A program made the position numbers and the translations under genes. DNA of 64,000 bases from the human T2T-CHM13v2.0 reference genome, Homo sapiens, in NCBI RefSeq assembly GCF_009914755.1, contig NC_060926.1, one strand, 5' to 3'. A model generated the notes under the pieces. That model ran no database searches, was not told the origin of the DNA, and saw only the letters and a program-made list of their open reading frames with translations. Shown here one piece after another: positions 14,641 to 29,948 of the stretch (positions within the stretch are counted from its first letter, which is position 1; the number at the start of each line of letters is the position of its first letter).

Positions 14641-15011
14641 TATGTAATAAATGATTGCCCCTGCTCAATCCATATGTTATAATAGTTATAACCCTCAGTG
14701 TGATGACATTTGCAAGTGAGGTGTTTGGGAGGTAATTATGTGTAGAAGACATCATGAGGGCAGAATCACCATAGCAGAGCTGGTGTTCTTATAGAAAGAA
14801 AAAGAACAGAGATCTCTCACACACACTATGTGAAGATATAGATAGAAAGTAGCCATCTGCAAGTTTCAAAGAAAGCCCTCACCAAGAACTGAATCTGCCT
14901 TTGTCTTGATCTTGGACTTCCTGGCCTTTGGAACTGTGGGAAGTAAATGCCTGGTGTTTAAGCCATCTAGTCTGTGGTATTTTGTTAATGCAGTCTTGGC
15001 AGGATAACACA
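14641..15011 (+). mobile_element. MLT1A-like MaLR solo LTR
   Basis: CCCTCAGTGTGATG...GGGAGGTAATTA...CTTGATCTTGGACTTCC...GTGGTATTTTGTTA. Confidence 0.75.
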
Positions 15012-15595
15012 ATTTATTAGTTTCTATGCCATCTAAGGAGGAAATGGGAAAATATGCTCTTTGAAAAGAATTCCCAGCCCACTTCTACCAGAATGTTATT
15101 GAGATCCGAGAGCTCTTTTCACCCATTTAGAATATTTTTTGCCTGTTAGATCTAAGCTGGAGGTACTCTTACTGACTCAGGAACATTGTGTGTTTCTTAT
15201 GAAATTGAGTCTATTTTATGTGAATGGGTAAAAAAAAAAAAAAAAAGCCACTCCCCTACTTGTTTTCCCTATAGGTCTTTCTCACTCATTTTCTTCATTG
15301 CTTTTTTAGGCAGGCCAAGTTTCTGTGGGACAATGTCCTTAGATTCCTAGAATCACTTACTTCCAATGGAGAGAACCAATAGACATCGCTTTAATTCCAT
15401 CCAGGGTCTTAGCAAGGATGTCACAATCAAACTCTTAATTTTGTTTTGGTTCTGGAGGCATCATTCTTTGAGACTCTTTTGCCACTTTTCAGTTTTTCTC
15501 TAAGCTAAAAGGAGAAAATATTTTTTCATTACAGGAAATGTTGGCCCTTATACATTTTATCTAATTTCTATTGGCAAATTTTCGTTATTTTCTGA

Positions 15596-15967
<372 letters not shown>

Positions 15968-15977
15968 TAGGTAGTAA

Positions 15978-16292
<315 letters not shown>

Positions 16293-18539
16293 TAGATGTA
16301 CTTTCAGCACTGCCTTGGGAATATCCTTCGTCAAATGTAAAAATGCTGTGGTTATGTTTTTATCTTCTATTATCATCAGCAAAAGTGCTGCCAAATATAT
16401 CTCCACCACGTAACTCGGGTCACTATATTTCCATTCTGTTATATGTGTCCTCAACACTCTTAAACTATTTTAAGAACTTCCTCACCATCTGGTCCCAAAA
16501 CTAATGCCACTTATTTTGGGATTTCACTGTGGCAACATCTCACTTGTCTTATCAGTGTGTATATTACTTATCTATTGCCACAATGTTACCACATACCAAC
16601 AATCCCAAAACTCAATGTTATAAAATATAAGTCAATTTTTGAGTCATAAGTCTGAAAGTTCCTTTTTGCTCACATGTCCAGTGTTTCATTGTTTCTGTTT
16701 TTAGTGGTTGTTTCTCTTTGGTCTTGGCTGGTTATTTTACGCATCGAAGTTCAGCTAGGCAGATTTGCTAATCTTGGTTGGGCTTTTCCGTATATGTGGA
16801 GATGGGTTGATTGTTGAATGACCTAGGATAGCTTCTGCTGGGACAAATGAAGTGACTTGGCTGTGCTCCATATACCTTATTGTCCAGCAGGCTAGTCTAA
16901 GAATAGTCTTGCGGTGGAGACAGAAGTACAAGAGTAGAAATAATCAAGGAAATGTTTTCAAGCCTTGGTAGTGTCAAAACTCTCAACATTTCATTAATCA
17001 AAGTCAAAAGACTAAATTCAGAATTAGTCAGCAAGTAAATAGATTCTACCTCGGTGGGAAGAGCTCCAAAGTCACACTGCAAAGCAAGTAGATATATGGA
17101 AAGGTACAAATCTGAGTCACTAATGCAGGATTACACAACAGCTTTATCCCTCTTTAGTCTCATAGAATTAGCTAATCAACTAGACTATTAAGGGGGGATG
17201 AACTCTTTCTTAAAGCAAGCTCACTCACTTCACCTGTTAGAAAAATCTAAATCAAAGTGACTTGAACAGAAGTAAAGATGTATCATCCAGTATTGATGGG
17301 AAGTTCTGTGGTAAGATAATCTTTAGAATTAAAGATTAGTGGTTCGTCAATCTCCTCAAGGATCTACTTTTTTATTTTTTTCTTCTGTATGTCTCTGCTC
17401 TGTTGGTTTCAGTCTAAAACCAGTTGCCATGTTGGTCAGAATATCAGAAACTTCAGAAAACTGGTTAACAGGTTTCCCTAGTCACACACAGGAAGAGAGT
17501 GAGGGAATGCTTCCAAAGAAGTTTACAAGCAAGAGAATGGAATAGATTCCCCATGCTCTGGTTTAGGTCCTGTGTTCACTCCCTAGTTGTAACCAAGAAC
17601 AGGTCCCACTTATAACATTTCTTGGAGAGCTTAGCGTGGAGTCAAATCTCTGAAAGTAGGGGTGAAGAAATATTTTTAATAATCACACCGAAGAGATGCT
17701 TTTTACCCCAAAGCTTTAGAAGTATTGATTTTGTGAGCATGCTGGACTTATTTTGGGTTTCCACTGGATTTCTTTTGGGTTTTGCTCAAAAAACTAAGGA
17801 ATATACCTTAACTGATAGAGAAGACCCCTTCTTTCCTTATATAGATATAACACACTTATTTTAGCTCATTAAAGGTTTTATTTTTCTTCCCACACTTTTT
17901 TAAAAAAAAATGTTGCTAAGAAAACATTTTTCTTTAATATTGCCTTGTCATTTTTTTCTAATCTATAATGCTTTTTATGGCTATGGAGAACAATTATAGT
18001 GAAATCCTTCTTCATTGCAAATCATTTATGAAACCTGCTTAAGTCCTGTCGAGTGTGGATTTATGGATTGCCAAGTCATTTGCTGTGGTTTCTGTAAAAC
18101 TCAGGATAGATTTGACCATATTCGATGGTTACAGTATTTCAAACAGCAAACTGCTTTATATATTTTGTGTCAGAATAGCTTCATTTTTGTCAAACAACTT
18201 AAGAGTTTTGTTAATTTTATAATATCAGCATTTAGTTATAAGTCCCTCATTATTGTTCTGAATAAATCTGCCCATAACAATACTGAAAGATATTTTGTAT
18301 TTTCCATGTATTTTGGAGTATATAATTTGCCTTTGTAAATATATTAATCACACATAAACATGCACACACTCAGAGATCTACACATGCTACTTGAAGAAGG
18401 TTTTACATGAACACGTAAGAACAATATCTATTGACGTCAAATGTCCTAGAAGAACATGCCTTTTTTATCTTTTTTTTTTTTTTTTTTTTGAGTACCAGTA
18501 ACTCTCACCTTCATTATTTAATTTAAAAATATTTTTTCA

Positions 18540-18886
<347 letters not shown>

Positions 18887-21499
18887 TCAATTTTGCAGAT
18901 TAAAAAACTAAGAAGATAAGCACCTGCCCTGTATTTCCTTAGTTTTTACTTCATGTTCTTTTTCCGTTCCAGAATCCAGTGCTTAGGCTCCTAGAATCTG
19001 AGTCCTTAGGTGGATCTAGACTGTATCAATTTCTCAGGTTGTCCTTGTTTTTGATGGACTTTCCATATTTCAGCAGTACTGGTCAGATATTTTGTAGAAT
19101 ATTCTTCAATTGGGATTTATCTTATATTTTTCTCCTGATTACTGAGGCTATAGGTTATCAGGAAGGAGACAAAGGAACTGCCATTCCATTCACATTACAT
19201 AAACTTAACACATATGCATACATTAAGCTAAACATGAGTTCATGTTACTCTCTTTAATTTTTGTCCAGTATATATGGTTCATTGTAGCCTTCTCCATTTG
19301 CTTATATCTAACCCCCCATTCCAACAGGGAGAAACCAGGCTGCCACTATCTGCCATGCATTTACCTGTTCAATCACAGTATACATGTACACTGATTTCAG
19401 AATTGTCAACTGGTGCCCCCGTAGGAAACAACTTTATCATCACAGTGCTTATGAATACTTCCTCTTGCCTTTAGTGTTACGGTCTCCCAATTATTTCCAA
19501 AGTTCTGTTAGTTACCTCCTTTTTTCTTAACCTCTTTATTGAGATATGACATTCATTTGTAATAGAATTAGACTTTTTTTTGTCAAAGTCTGCATTCCAT
19601 CCTAGGATACTCCAATTTCCTAAATTATGTTTTTAAATTTGTATACTTTATGGTCCATTCCTTGTTCTATGAGGTTATCAGGGCTGGACAAAAGCATAAT
19701 ATCCTTTATCTGCTACAATAATACCTTAGAAAATTATTTGACGCCCTAAAATATTCTCTTTTTCACCTATTAAAACATCCCCAATCCCCAGGAAACCACT
19801 GGTGTCCTTTTCATCTCTGTAATTTTTCCTCTTTTATAACACCACATAATGGAATCATACAGTATGTAACCTTCCCCACTTGGCTTCTTTCTCTTAGCAA
19901 CATGCATTTACAATTCCTCCATGTAGTTGCATGATTTATAGTTTATTCCTTTTTATATCTGAATAGTATTTTACATTAATCCAGGCATGTACCTCAGTTT
20001 ATCCATTCAGAAGATTGTTTATCCATTCACCCACTGAAGCATTTCTCTGTTGCCCTCAGACTTTGCAATTATGAATAAAGTTTCCATAAACATTCATGTG
20101 CAGGGTTTATGTGGACATAAATGTTCAAGTGTTTTGGACAATTACCTACATGCATGATTGCTGGATTGTTTGGTAAGACATGTTTAGCTTTATAAAAACA
20201 CTGCAAACCTATCTTTGATCATGGCTGTATCATTTTCCATTTCCACGAGCATAAATGCAAGTTATTGTTGTTCTGCATGCTTACCGGCAATTGGTATTAT
20301 CAGTTTCGATTAGTTTTGCTTTGGTTTTGGTTTTTGGACATCTTAGTGGGCATGAAATGGTATCTCATTATTGATATACTTGCGTTTCAATAATGAAATA
20401 TGATTTGAGCATCTTTTTTATATGCTTACTTGCCATCTGTATTTTTTTTGTGTGAGATGTTCTCCCAGACTTTTTGCCCATTTTTAATTGTGTTATTTTC
20501 TTATAGTTGAATTTAAAGAATGCATTGTATTTTCTAGCTACAAATCCTTTATCAGGTATGTAACTGGCAAATATTTTTTCCAAGTGTATAGGTTTTTTTT
20601 TTATTCTCTTAACAGAACCTTTTGTAGAACAAAATATTTAGTTTTAATAAAGGCCAACTTACCAAATTTTTCTTTCATTGATTTGCTTTCAATATTATAA
20701 GCAAAAATTTATTAGCAAACCCAAAGTCGCACGAATTTTCTTGTATGTTTCCCTATAGAAATATTATATACAGTAAGTCTATGATCCATTTTAGTTTTCT
20801 TTTTGTAAATCATAAAGTTTCTCTCTAGTTATGTTTTTTTGCATATGGATGGCCAATTTTTCCAGCATCATATGTACATAGTTGTTTTTTCATTGATTTG
20901 CCTTTGTGCCTTTGTCAAAAATTAGTATATTATATTGGTAGGAGTCTGTTTCTGGGTTTTCTATTCCATTCCAGTAACCAACAAGTTTATACTTTTGACA
21001 ACACCATGAAATCTCGATGAAGCTGGCTTTATAGTAAGTCCTAAAATCAGATCATATGAGTATTCTAATATTGACATCCATTGCAGAATTGTGTTGGTTG
21101 TTCTAGGTCTTTTGCCTTTCCATATCAATTGAAGGCCCACTTTGTCAATATCTACAAATAAGCTTGCTGAGAGTATGATAAGGATGTGCTGGATCTTTAG
21201 ATAAAGTTATGAAGAACTGGCATTTTAACAAAATTATCTTCCAATAAATAAACATAGAATATCTGTCCACTTAATTAAATCATATTTGACTTTCACTTGT
21301 CTTTTGTCCTTTTCTCCATACATATCAAATACATATTTTATCAGATTTATATGTGTCTTTTTTTTATGTTGTAAAATTTTAAATAGCATATATATTTTTT
21401 AATTCCAATTCTTTATTGCTGGTACATAGGAAAGCAACTGACATTTGCATATTGATCTGAGTCTTAAGACTTTGCTATACTCACTTATTAATTCCAGGA

Positions 21500-21781
21500 T
21501 TTTTATGTTTTTTAAATTTTATTTATTTATTTTTTGGGGACAAGGTCTGGCTCTGTTGCCCAGGCTGGAGTGCAATGGCTCAATCTCAGCTCAAAGCTAG
21601 TGTCTTTCCTCAGCCTCCCAAATGGCTGGGACTACAGATGTGTGTCACCATGCCCAGATAATTTTTGTATTTCTAGCAGAGATGGGGTTTCACCCCATTG
21701 GCCAGACTGGTCTTGAGCTCCTGACCCCAAGTGATCTGCTTGCCCCAGCCTCCCAAAGTGCTGGGATTACATGAGCCATTA
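21500..21781 (-). mobile_element. Alu (J/S) with internal deletion
   Basis: Reverse Alu; the CTGCAACCTCC...GATTCTCC segment is replaced by a short filler. Confidence 0.85.
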
Positions 21782-21887
21782 TGCATTAATTTTTTAAAAC
21801 AGATTATTTTGGGGTCTTCTATATATATTTCATGCCATTTGCAAGTAAAATGAGTTTATTATCTTCTTTCCCAATATGCCTTTAATT

Positions 21888-22045
21888 TCCTTCCTTCCTT
21901 CTTTCCTTCCTCCCTTCCTTCCTTCCTCTCCTCCTCCTCCCCCTCCTTCTCCTTCTCCTTCTCCTTCTCCTTCTCCTTCTCCTCCTCCTTCCCCTCCTCC
22001 TCCTTCTTCTTTTCTGTCTCTCTCTCTCTCTCTTTTCTTTCTTCT
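21888..22045. repeat. Polypyrimidine low-complexity tract (CCTT/CCT/CCTTCT/CT), expanded Alu tail
   Basis: Visible directly; abuts the reverse AluJ. Confidence 0.9.
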
Positions 22046-22300
22046 TGTTTTAGAGACAGAGTGTTGCTCTGTCACCCTGGCTGGGGTATAGTAGCATAAT
22101 CAGAGCTCACTGTAACTTCAACCTCCTAGGCTAAAGCAATCCTTCTGCCTCAGCCTTGCAAGTAGCTAGGGCTACAGGTGTGCCCAATCATGCCAGGATA
22201 ATTTTAAAATTTGTATTATTTTAAGACAGGGTCTACCATGTTCCCTGCCTGGTCTTGAACTCTTCACCTCAAGCAATCCTCCTGTCTCAATCTCCTGATC
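22046..22300 (-). mobile_element. AluJ SINE
   Basis: GGCTAAAGCAATCCTTCTGCC and CTCAAGCAATCCTCC are AluJ-type. Confidence 0.85.
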
Positions 22301-23013
22301 TTTGATTTTTCTCTTTTGCACTAGCAAGGACTTCCAAAAAAAAATGAACATGAGTGACGAGAGGGAAGGAACATCTCTGCCTGCTCCCCACCTCAGTGGG
22401 AAAGTGTTCTGTCTCTCACCATAAAATATGATATCAGTTAAAGTTTTCTCATATGTACCTTTATTATGTTAACATAGTCCCCTTTTATTCCTGGTTTTCT
22501 TGGAGTTTCTTTTATCATTAATAGGTGGTGAATTTTGTTAAGTGCTTTTATATATCTATTAATATAATCATGTGGTTTTTATTTCTATAATTTTTGTATG
22601 CAGATATAATCCATATATGGCAAAATGTACTTACTTAAATGTACAATTCAGTGTTTTGGGGTTTTTTTAGTATATTTACAGAAGTGTGCTAGATATTGCT
22701 AATTCCAAAACATTTTCCTTATCCCCGAAGAAACCCCTTACCCATTAATAATTGCTCCATGCCCTCCTTCTCCCAGTTTCTAGTAATGACTAATATATAT
22801 TCTGTATCTATGGATTTCCTATCCAAAACATTCAGTATAAATGGAATTGTAGAAAATGGGGTTTTTGTGTCTTGTTTCTTTCACTTAGATTAATGTCTGC
22901 AAGTTTCATTTGTGAACTTGCCCACAAGGTACATATGTTATGATGGGGTGGTTTATACTAATCAGTTCAACAAGTCTATGTTCATCTCGGTTACCAGATA
23001 CTTATTAATTTTT

Positions 23014-23517
23014 AAATCATGCTGCTGTAAAGACACATGCACACGTATGTTTATTACAGCACTATTCACAATAGCAAAGACTTGGAACCAACCCAAATGT
23101 CCAACAAGGATAGACTGGATTAAGAAAATGTGGCACATATACACCATGGGATACTGTGCAGCCATAACAAATGATGAGTTCATGTCTTTTGTAGGGACGT
23201 GGATGAAGCTGGAAACCATCATTCTCAGCAAACTATCGCAAGGACAAAAAACCAAACACTGCATGTTCTCACTCATAGGTGGGAATTGAACAATGAGAAC
23301 ACATGGACACAGGAAGGGGAACATCACACACCGGGGACTGTTGTGGGGTGGGGGGAGGGGAGAGGGATACCATTAGGAGATATACCTAATGCTAAATGAC
23401 GAGTTAATGGGTGCAGCACACCAACATGGCACATGCATACATATGTAACAAACCTGCACGTTGTGCACATGTACCCTAAAACTTAAAGTATAATAAAAAT
23501 AAATAAATAAATAAAAA
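23014..23517 (+). mobile_element. L1PA (young primate L1), 5'-truncated 3' end
   Basis: Encodes ORF2 C-terminus (TCTRMFITALFTIAKTWNQPKCP...HCMFSLIGGN); G-rich tract; ends TAAAACTTAAAGTATAATAA plus (AAAT)n tail. Confidence 0.95.
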
Positions 23518-25125
23518 TGCTATGTGTCATTATTGGTTCCCTGAACCCATCAGATATTTTTGATAAATCACAGGATCATTCCGGAAAGCTAAATGAGATA
23601 ATGTCAGAAGACTAGGGCAAGTGTGCAAAATTAGATGCACATTTTCAAAGCAGAATCATGATGATAAAAAACAACTGAGTTTGATGCTTGGTTTGAGTCT
23701 CAGACCAGGTATGTCCAAATACATTGGTGTTTATCCTGATTTTCTGATGCTTTATGAATATTTTCTTATTTAGGAAATCACAGTCAAGTTCAGAAGGATG
23801 AGATGAAAACTAAAAAGTATTTTGGGTAAAAAACAAACTAAAAAAATTGGCATCTAATCCAGGACACAGGTGTGATGACAAAGTTAGGGATCCCATTAGT
23901 GTCTCTCATGGAAATACACATGTGTGACATGCCGATTTAAGATAGTAGACTCTATCTTGAAAGAAGAACAAAGCTGTGTACGCTGAAAATGTAAATTATA
24001 TCATCTTTGGTCTGTTGTATAATAAACTATTTATCTAGAATCCACTATTTGAAAATTTTCCACTACATTTATTTTTACACTGATATATATTCAAATAAGT
24101 AAACAAATATCCAGTTTTATAAAATTTTAATATTTTTAGCATCTTATTGACAATTCCAATAAAGCAAAGTTTAATTCTGCAAATTCTCAGGTTTAAAACT
24201 GAAAACCAACAAATAAACAAATGTAGATATTAGAAATCTTATCTAGCAGCTAGAGATTAGGGTTTCAGTCATTTTCATTCATAAAATATGTTAACATTCC
24301 AACTGGGTTTCTTTACACAGCCCAAATACTGTGTTCTAAATCACAAGATTGAAATAAAGTCCATGATTTTTTTATTAGATTCTTCTGTCCTTGTATGTTC
24401 TGGGCACAACTCAATTTGTTCTCAAGTAAAAGTTCATGTTTTGTTTACCTACTCAGTCTGCTAGCATAAAAGTTGATGATCCCTCCAGAATGGATTGTGG
24501 TGTCAACTAATTTCAGTAAGTCTATGTGCAGAGGTCTTTCCCACTGGCCTCATTGACAGCTCAAAATGAATGAGAAGGCTCAAACTAATGTTTGAAATAC
24601 CAAGATTATTTAAGCCTAAAATCTCTGACAGATTCTGCTTGTTTTTGGCACTAACACTCCCTTTAAACTCATCTAGGAAAGTAAAAAATAAACATTGCCA
24701 AATGCAAAAGCTTCTTTTTGGTCTTTACATTCTAGAAACTCTGTAACAGCACAGGCAACTACACTCTGCTTCTTAAAACATGGTTTGTTTTCCTTCTTGA
24801 TTTTAATTTCAGAAGACATAAATAAGAAACAAACCTGGACAATCTTTCTCTGTTTCATTCAATCACACTTCCTACTCAAAACTAATTTCTTTAATAAATG
24901 GCTTATTGCTGCATTTCATTGTAAGAATGTAACACAATCTATTCATTGGTGATCATTCAAGTTTTGTCTTTCATGAATGATCCTACTATGTACATTGCAG
25001 GGGGCAACATATGGGTGTATTCCTGTTATGTGTATACTTATAAATATACTTACAAGAGAAACTGAAGAAGTTCTTTAAATATATTTGCTTTAATAAATAT
25101 AAACAAAATTTTTTCAGTGTGCTTG

Positions 25126-26058
25126 TAAAACCACCTTTGCAAAAATTATAACAGTGAGAAAATTATGACAGTGGAAGATACCTGATCTAATCAACCCCCA
25201 TCTTGCCTTTAACCTCCAAACTGCCCTTAATCATTCCTGGGCTTGCTCCAAGTTAACTTCTGGAGACATTTACTTTATATTTTAAATGATAATAGCCCTT
25301 CTCCAAAAGTAAACTGCCTTTGTAAAGCCAACGAAAAAGCACCAGGCTAGGAGGATGAGGAGCATGAATTCTGCTAAGGTGTAGATCAAACTTGTCCAAC
25401 CCATGGCCCATGGTCCACATTTGGCCCAAGGTGTCTTTAAATATGGCCCAACACAAATTCACAAACCTTCTTAAAACATAATGAGACTTTTTTCCCAATT
25501 TGTTTTTTTAGCTATCATTAGTGTTAGCATATTTTATGTGTGGCCCAAAACAATTCTTCTTCTTCCAATGTGGCCCAGGGAAGCCAAAAGATTGAACACC
25601 CCGGGTGCAGATGCTAAGGTGTTAAGTGTAGGTGCTAAAGTGTAAGGTGTACAGTGTAGATGCTAAGTTGCAAATTGATTACCAGCTACTATTCCCAATG
25701 TCATAAGATATGTAACTTCCCCAGTTACCCCTGCAGATAACATTACTACTGTAGAATCTAAGATTGGCCTCTTGTGATGTCTTTTCAGATTTTTGCATTT
25801 CTGACAACCTATGGCTTCCACTTGGACCCATCAATGCCTGCCAACTGGTCCTGTGGCCTCACCCAGAAGCTGACTCCCTGGCCCACCAAACTATTCTTGA
25901 AAAACTCTACCATTCAAGTTTTTGGGGAAATTGATTTGAAGAATAACTGTGTCTCCCAAGTGGCATGGCTGGCCTCTTGTCAATTATCATAATGCCATCA
26001 GCTCAGTGAATAGGTTTTGTCTGTGCAGTGGGCAGGAAAAACCCATTGGGTGATTACA
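25126..26058 (+). mobile_element. LTR8A-like ERV1 solo LTR
   Basis: AAACCACCTTTGCAAAAATTATAACAGTGAGAAAATTATGACAGTG... to ...ACCCATTGGGTGATTACA; near-TSD CTTG/GTTG. Confidence 0.85.
25387..25604 (-). mobile_element. MER30 nested in LTR8A
   Basis: CAAACTTGTCCAACCC ... GAAGCCAAAAGATTGAACACCCC; hAT-type 8-bp TSD GTGTAGAT/GTGCAGAT. Confidence 0.9.
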
Positions 26059-27958
26059 GTTGTGAAAATTCACATACTCAACATTGCATAAAAATTATAT
26101 TTCTTCAGATATTTGTTAAAAGTTGTTATTTTAGCTACTCTGTTGCATAAAAAGTGGTTTTTCATTATTATTGCATTCACACTTATCTGATGACAAGATG
26201 TCTTCCTTCTCATATGTGTTTGGCTCTTTGGGTCTTTTCTGAGGCCTGGATACAGTACTTTGCTCCTCTTTCAATTGTGTTGTCTGCCTTTTTTGTGTAG
26301 ATTTTAAAAATAGAGAAGAAAGTGCAATTTGAGTTGGAATGTTACTTTTTTCTACATTCCCTGGAAACAATTGGTTATGTCAACTTTATTTTCTACTTAA
26401 AATTTTGTGTCAGTTTATCAGTGATGCTAGCTGGGCCTAGAATTATTTTCTGAAGCTTATTAATTACAAATTTGATTTCATTAATAACCATGACTACTCA
26501 TGTTTTCTGAATTTTCTTGCATCATTATTAGTAAATTTGGGATTTGTAGAGATTCATAATTTTATTTAAATTTTCATTGCTATAATATTGTTAATAATAC
26601 CTGCGTATCTCTTAAGTAGCTATAAAGAGTATAGATAGTTCTATTTTCATCGTGTATATTAAATAATCGTGCCTAATTACTATTTTTGTTATTCAGGTTT
26701 GTTAAAGGTTTACTAATTTAATTTACCTTTTTGGAAAGAACCAACTTTTTGTTGTATGGTATATTACATGTTTGGTTTTTATTTTACTAATTTCTTCCCT
26801 TATCTTTAGCACTTTTAGCACCAGTTTATTACTTTATAAATAAATTTACTGTTAACTTCTGTGTTGCTGTTATAGATAACTGGATTTTTAATCTCATAAT
26901 ATTTTCATTTTATGTATATGCTTTTAATTCGACACATTTTTAATCTTAAACCTGACTTAAGCTGCATTGAATATATTTTATTGTACATTTATTATCACTC
27001 AGTTATAAATAGTTTCTGATTTTTATTGAGGTTTTAACTTTATCCCATGGGTTACTTAAGAGAAGATTAATTAATTTTCATTGTCTCTATCCTCCATTGT
27101 TTCTGCTAAGTCAACTGCCAGCATTATTGGTGATTTTTGAGAATAATGTTTTAGTTTTGTTTGGTTTGTTCCAGTAATCTTTTAAGGTTTTTTTCCTTTA
27201 GGTTTTAATATGTTTTCCATGATAGATGTACGTAATTTCTTGTTTCTTTGTCTTGATCAATTTTGGAAAATGTCTATTTGTATTACTTCATGATTCTAGA
27301 AAATATCATAGGACACTATTATAAACTTGTGTTAAGAAACAATTTTGGATATGATAGATGTCTGGGTTACACGTCTTGGATCAATTTACCATATCTTGAA
27401 TTTATGCTTTTTTTTCTGTTTTAATGCTTTTATTTTCTATCTTGTTTCAATCTCAATACCGCAATTTATCTTTTAGTTAACTACTCTTTTCTTTAGCACT
27501 TTGTAGCCTGTTGTCCAAACTTATCAATTGAGATATTTTTTGTTTTATTCCACCCTATACCTCCTTCCTTCTTTGCCATCTGCAGTACCAAAAAATCTAG
27601 AGAAGGCTTCTAATTACTTGAACTCCTTTAAAGAATTCAGAACAAAGGTGCCACTCACCTCTTTTGGGGTCTACTCTTTTCTTTGTGAAGTTGAAAGGGT
27701 CATGGGTAGATTCTTCTTAGGTAGGAAGCTCTGTTTCCTCTATTGTATGACCTGACCTCTTTGGCTTTGTGAGTACCAGAGACGACCTTGTACTGTGAGA
27801 GATTTGACCTTGGCATGTGTAATGGCAGATGAGAGCTACAAAGTTAGGTGTGGCCGAGCACAGTTTGCTGGAAGTGGTTTTAGCTGTTTTTTTTTTTTTT
27901 CTTCTTCTCCTAGGAAGTTGTTGTTTAAGGATTCTAATTCTAGTTCTGACATGCATTC

Positions 27959-28393
27959 TGATAAAAGAAAATCTCAGCCGAATTAAATTTAAAGGAGTTT
28001 AATTGATCAATGAACGATTCGCAAATCAGTCAGCCCCCAGAATCACAGAAGATTTACAGAGACTCCAGCACAGCCATGTGGTGGAAGAAGATATATAGAC
28101 AAAATAAAGTGGGGGAAATGACATACAGAAATTGGAAGTGAGGTACAGAATAGCTGGATTGGTTACAGCTCAGCATATGCCTTATTTGAACACAGTTTGA
28201 ACACTCAGAAGAGTATGAATGGTTGAAGTATGGCTGCTGGGATTGACCAAGACTTAGCTATTGTTACAGGTGCATACTACTAATTTAGGTTTTCAATTTT
28301 GTCTGCCTATTAAGCTAGGTTACAGTTCATCCACAAGGACTCAAATATAGAAGTACAGAGTCCTTCTCAGGCCATAATCAGTTTGCCTTAACA
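27959..28393 (-). mobile_element. MER57A-like ERV1 solo LTR nested in MER4-int
   Basis: TG...CA termini with exact TSD ATTC; reverse complement begins TGTTAAGGCAAACTGATTATGGCCTGAGAAGGACTC. Confidence 0.8.
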
Positions 28394-29156
28394 ATTCTAA
28401 AGTGTCTTCTCTATTGCTTTTTCTCTTAAAATTATATTGATTTGGCTTGTCTGTGCACATTTGCATGAGGAATTGAACTGTTGCTTTCATAGATAAATGA
28501 GAGACTGAGTTTTCTCAGCTCTGAAGAGAAAAGGCATTTGGTCTTCCTGCTGAAAGGCACCCATGGATAACCAAGGGCCTCATGGGAGTGTCTGGGTGGT
28601 TGACTCCCTGTGACATGCAGTGTCCCTATAGGGAAATCCCCAACAAATTTAATTTTTTAAAAGGCTCCTCTAGGAGACTCATATAAGGGCTGATCACCTG
28701 GAGTTTTGAGCCCTCTCAGAGGTAACAGACCTTTGGAGTGAGAAATTGAGACATGTAGGAGGGTAGAAATGACTCAGTGGTGACACACTGTGGATTCCTG
28801 CCCACAAGCAGCACACATTAATCCACCCCACAAAAACCTTAGGCCATAGCACAGTTCCTCCTTTTATGAAAAAAGTGGGAAATAAATATTCAAAGAATGA
28901 GGAGAAATCAAGCAGAATGATCCCCTTTTGAACACCACGTAGGTTTCATGGCACCTCTACTTGCCAGAGTTTATGTAAAATGAACATAATAAGGTCTTTG
29001 TGCACATTTACATTAAGGAAAAAGAGCCCTTAAAAAAGTTGACCTGAAAACTGTAGAGATCCTAAGTTATTTTGTTTTTCTCTATTCTCTTTTCTGTCTG
29101 CTTTAAAACTGCTGTAATTTTCTATTAAGATAAAAACCACTGTTTGGATTCAACAG

Positions 29157-29190
<34 letters not shown>

Positions 29191-29614
29191 TTGCAAGCTG
29201 GTGAATTTGTATTTATCTCATGGCTAAAGTTCTGAAGTAAAAGGTATAGAATCTTTCTGTGTTTGTGTATGTGCATGTGTATATATCTAGAAGGCCTTTA
29301 TAATTTCTATAATTTTTATCTTTAATTAGCAATTAACTCCATTTTAATTTCCCTGTAGCACACCCGACTTTTTCCCTCCATATCATATGATGTAAATTTT
29401 GCTGTTTGATTTTCACCTGAGTTGTTTCCTTCAATATACATATTTAAGGCTATGAAAGTCTAAGATAGGAGGAAAAAGGTCATTATAAATCTATAAGATG
29501 TACTTCTATTGGCATACTTAATGTGTCTATGTATTTATGTGTTGTGCACACAATGTTTTACTATTGAAAATATATAAAAGAGCTCTAATTAACTGGCTTA
29601 ATAAAAGCACTTGA

Positions 29615-29948
<334 letters not shown>

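Noticed and set aside
21830-22091. Pro/Ser-rich and Gly/Glu-rich ORFs
   Set aside because: Translations of a simple C/T repeat
22912-23289. 125-aa ORF
   Set aside because: C-terminus of L1 ORF2 in a 5'-truncated L1PA; the upstream part is chance open frame
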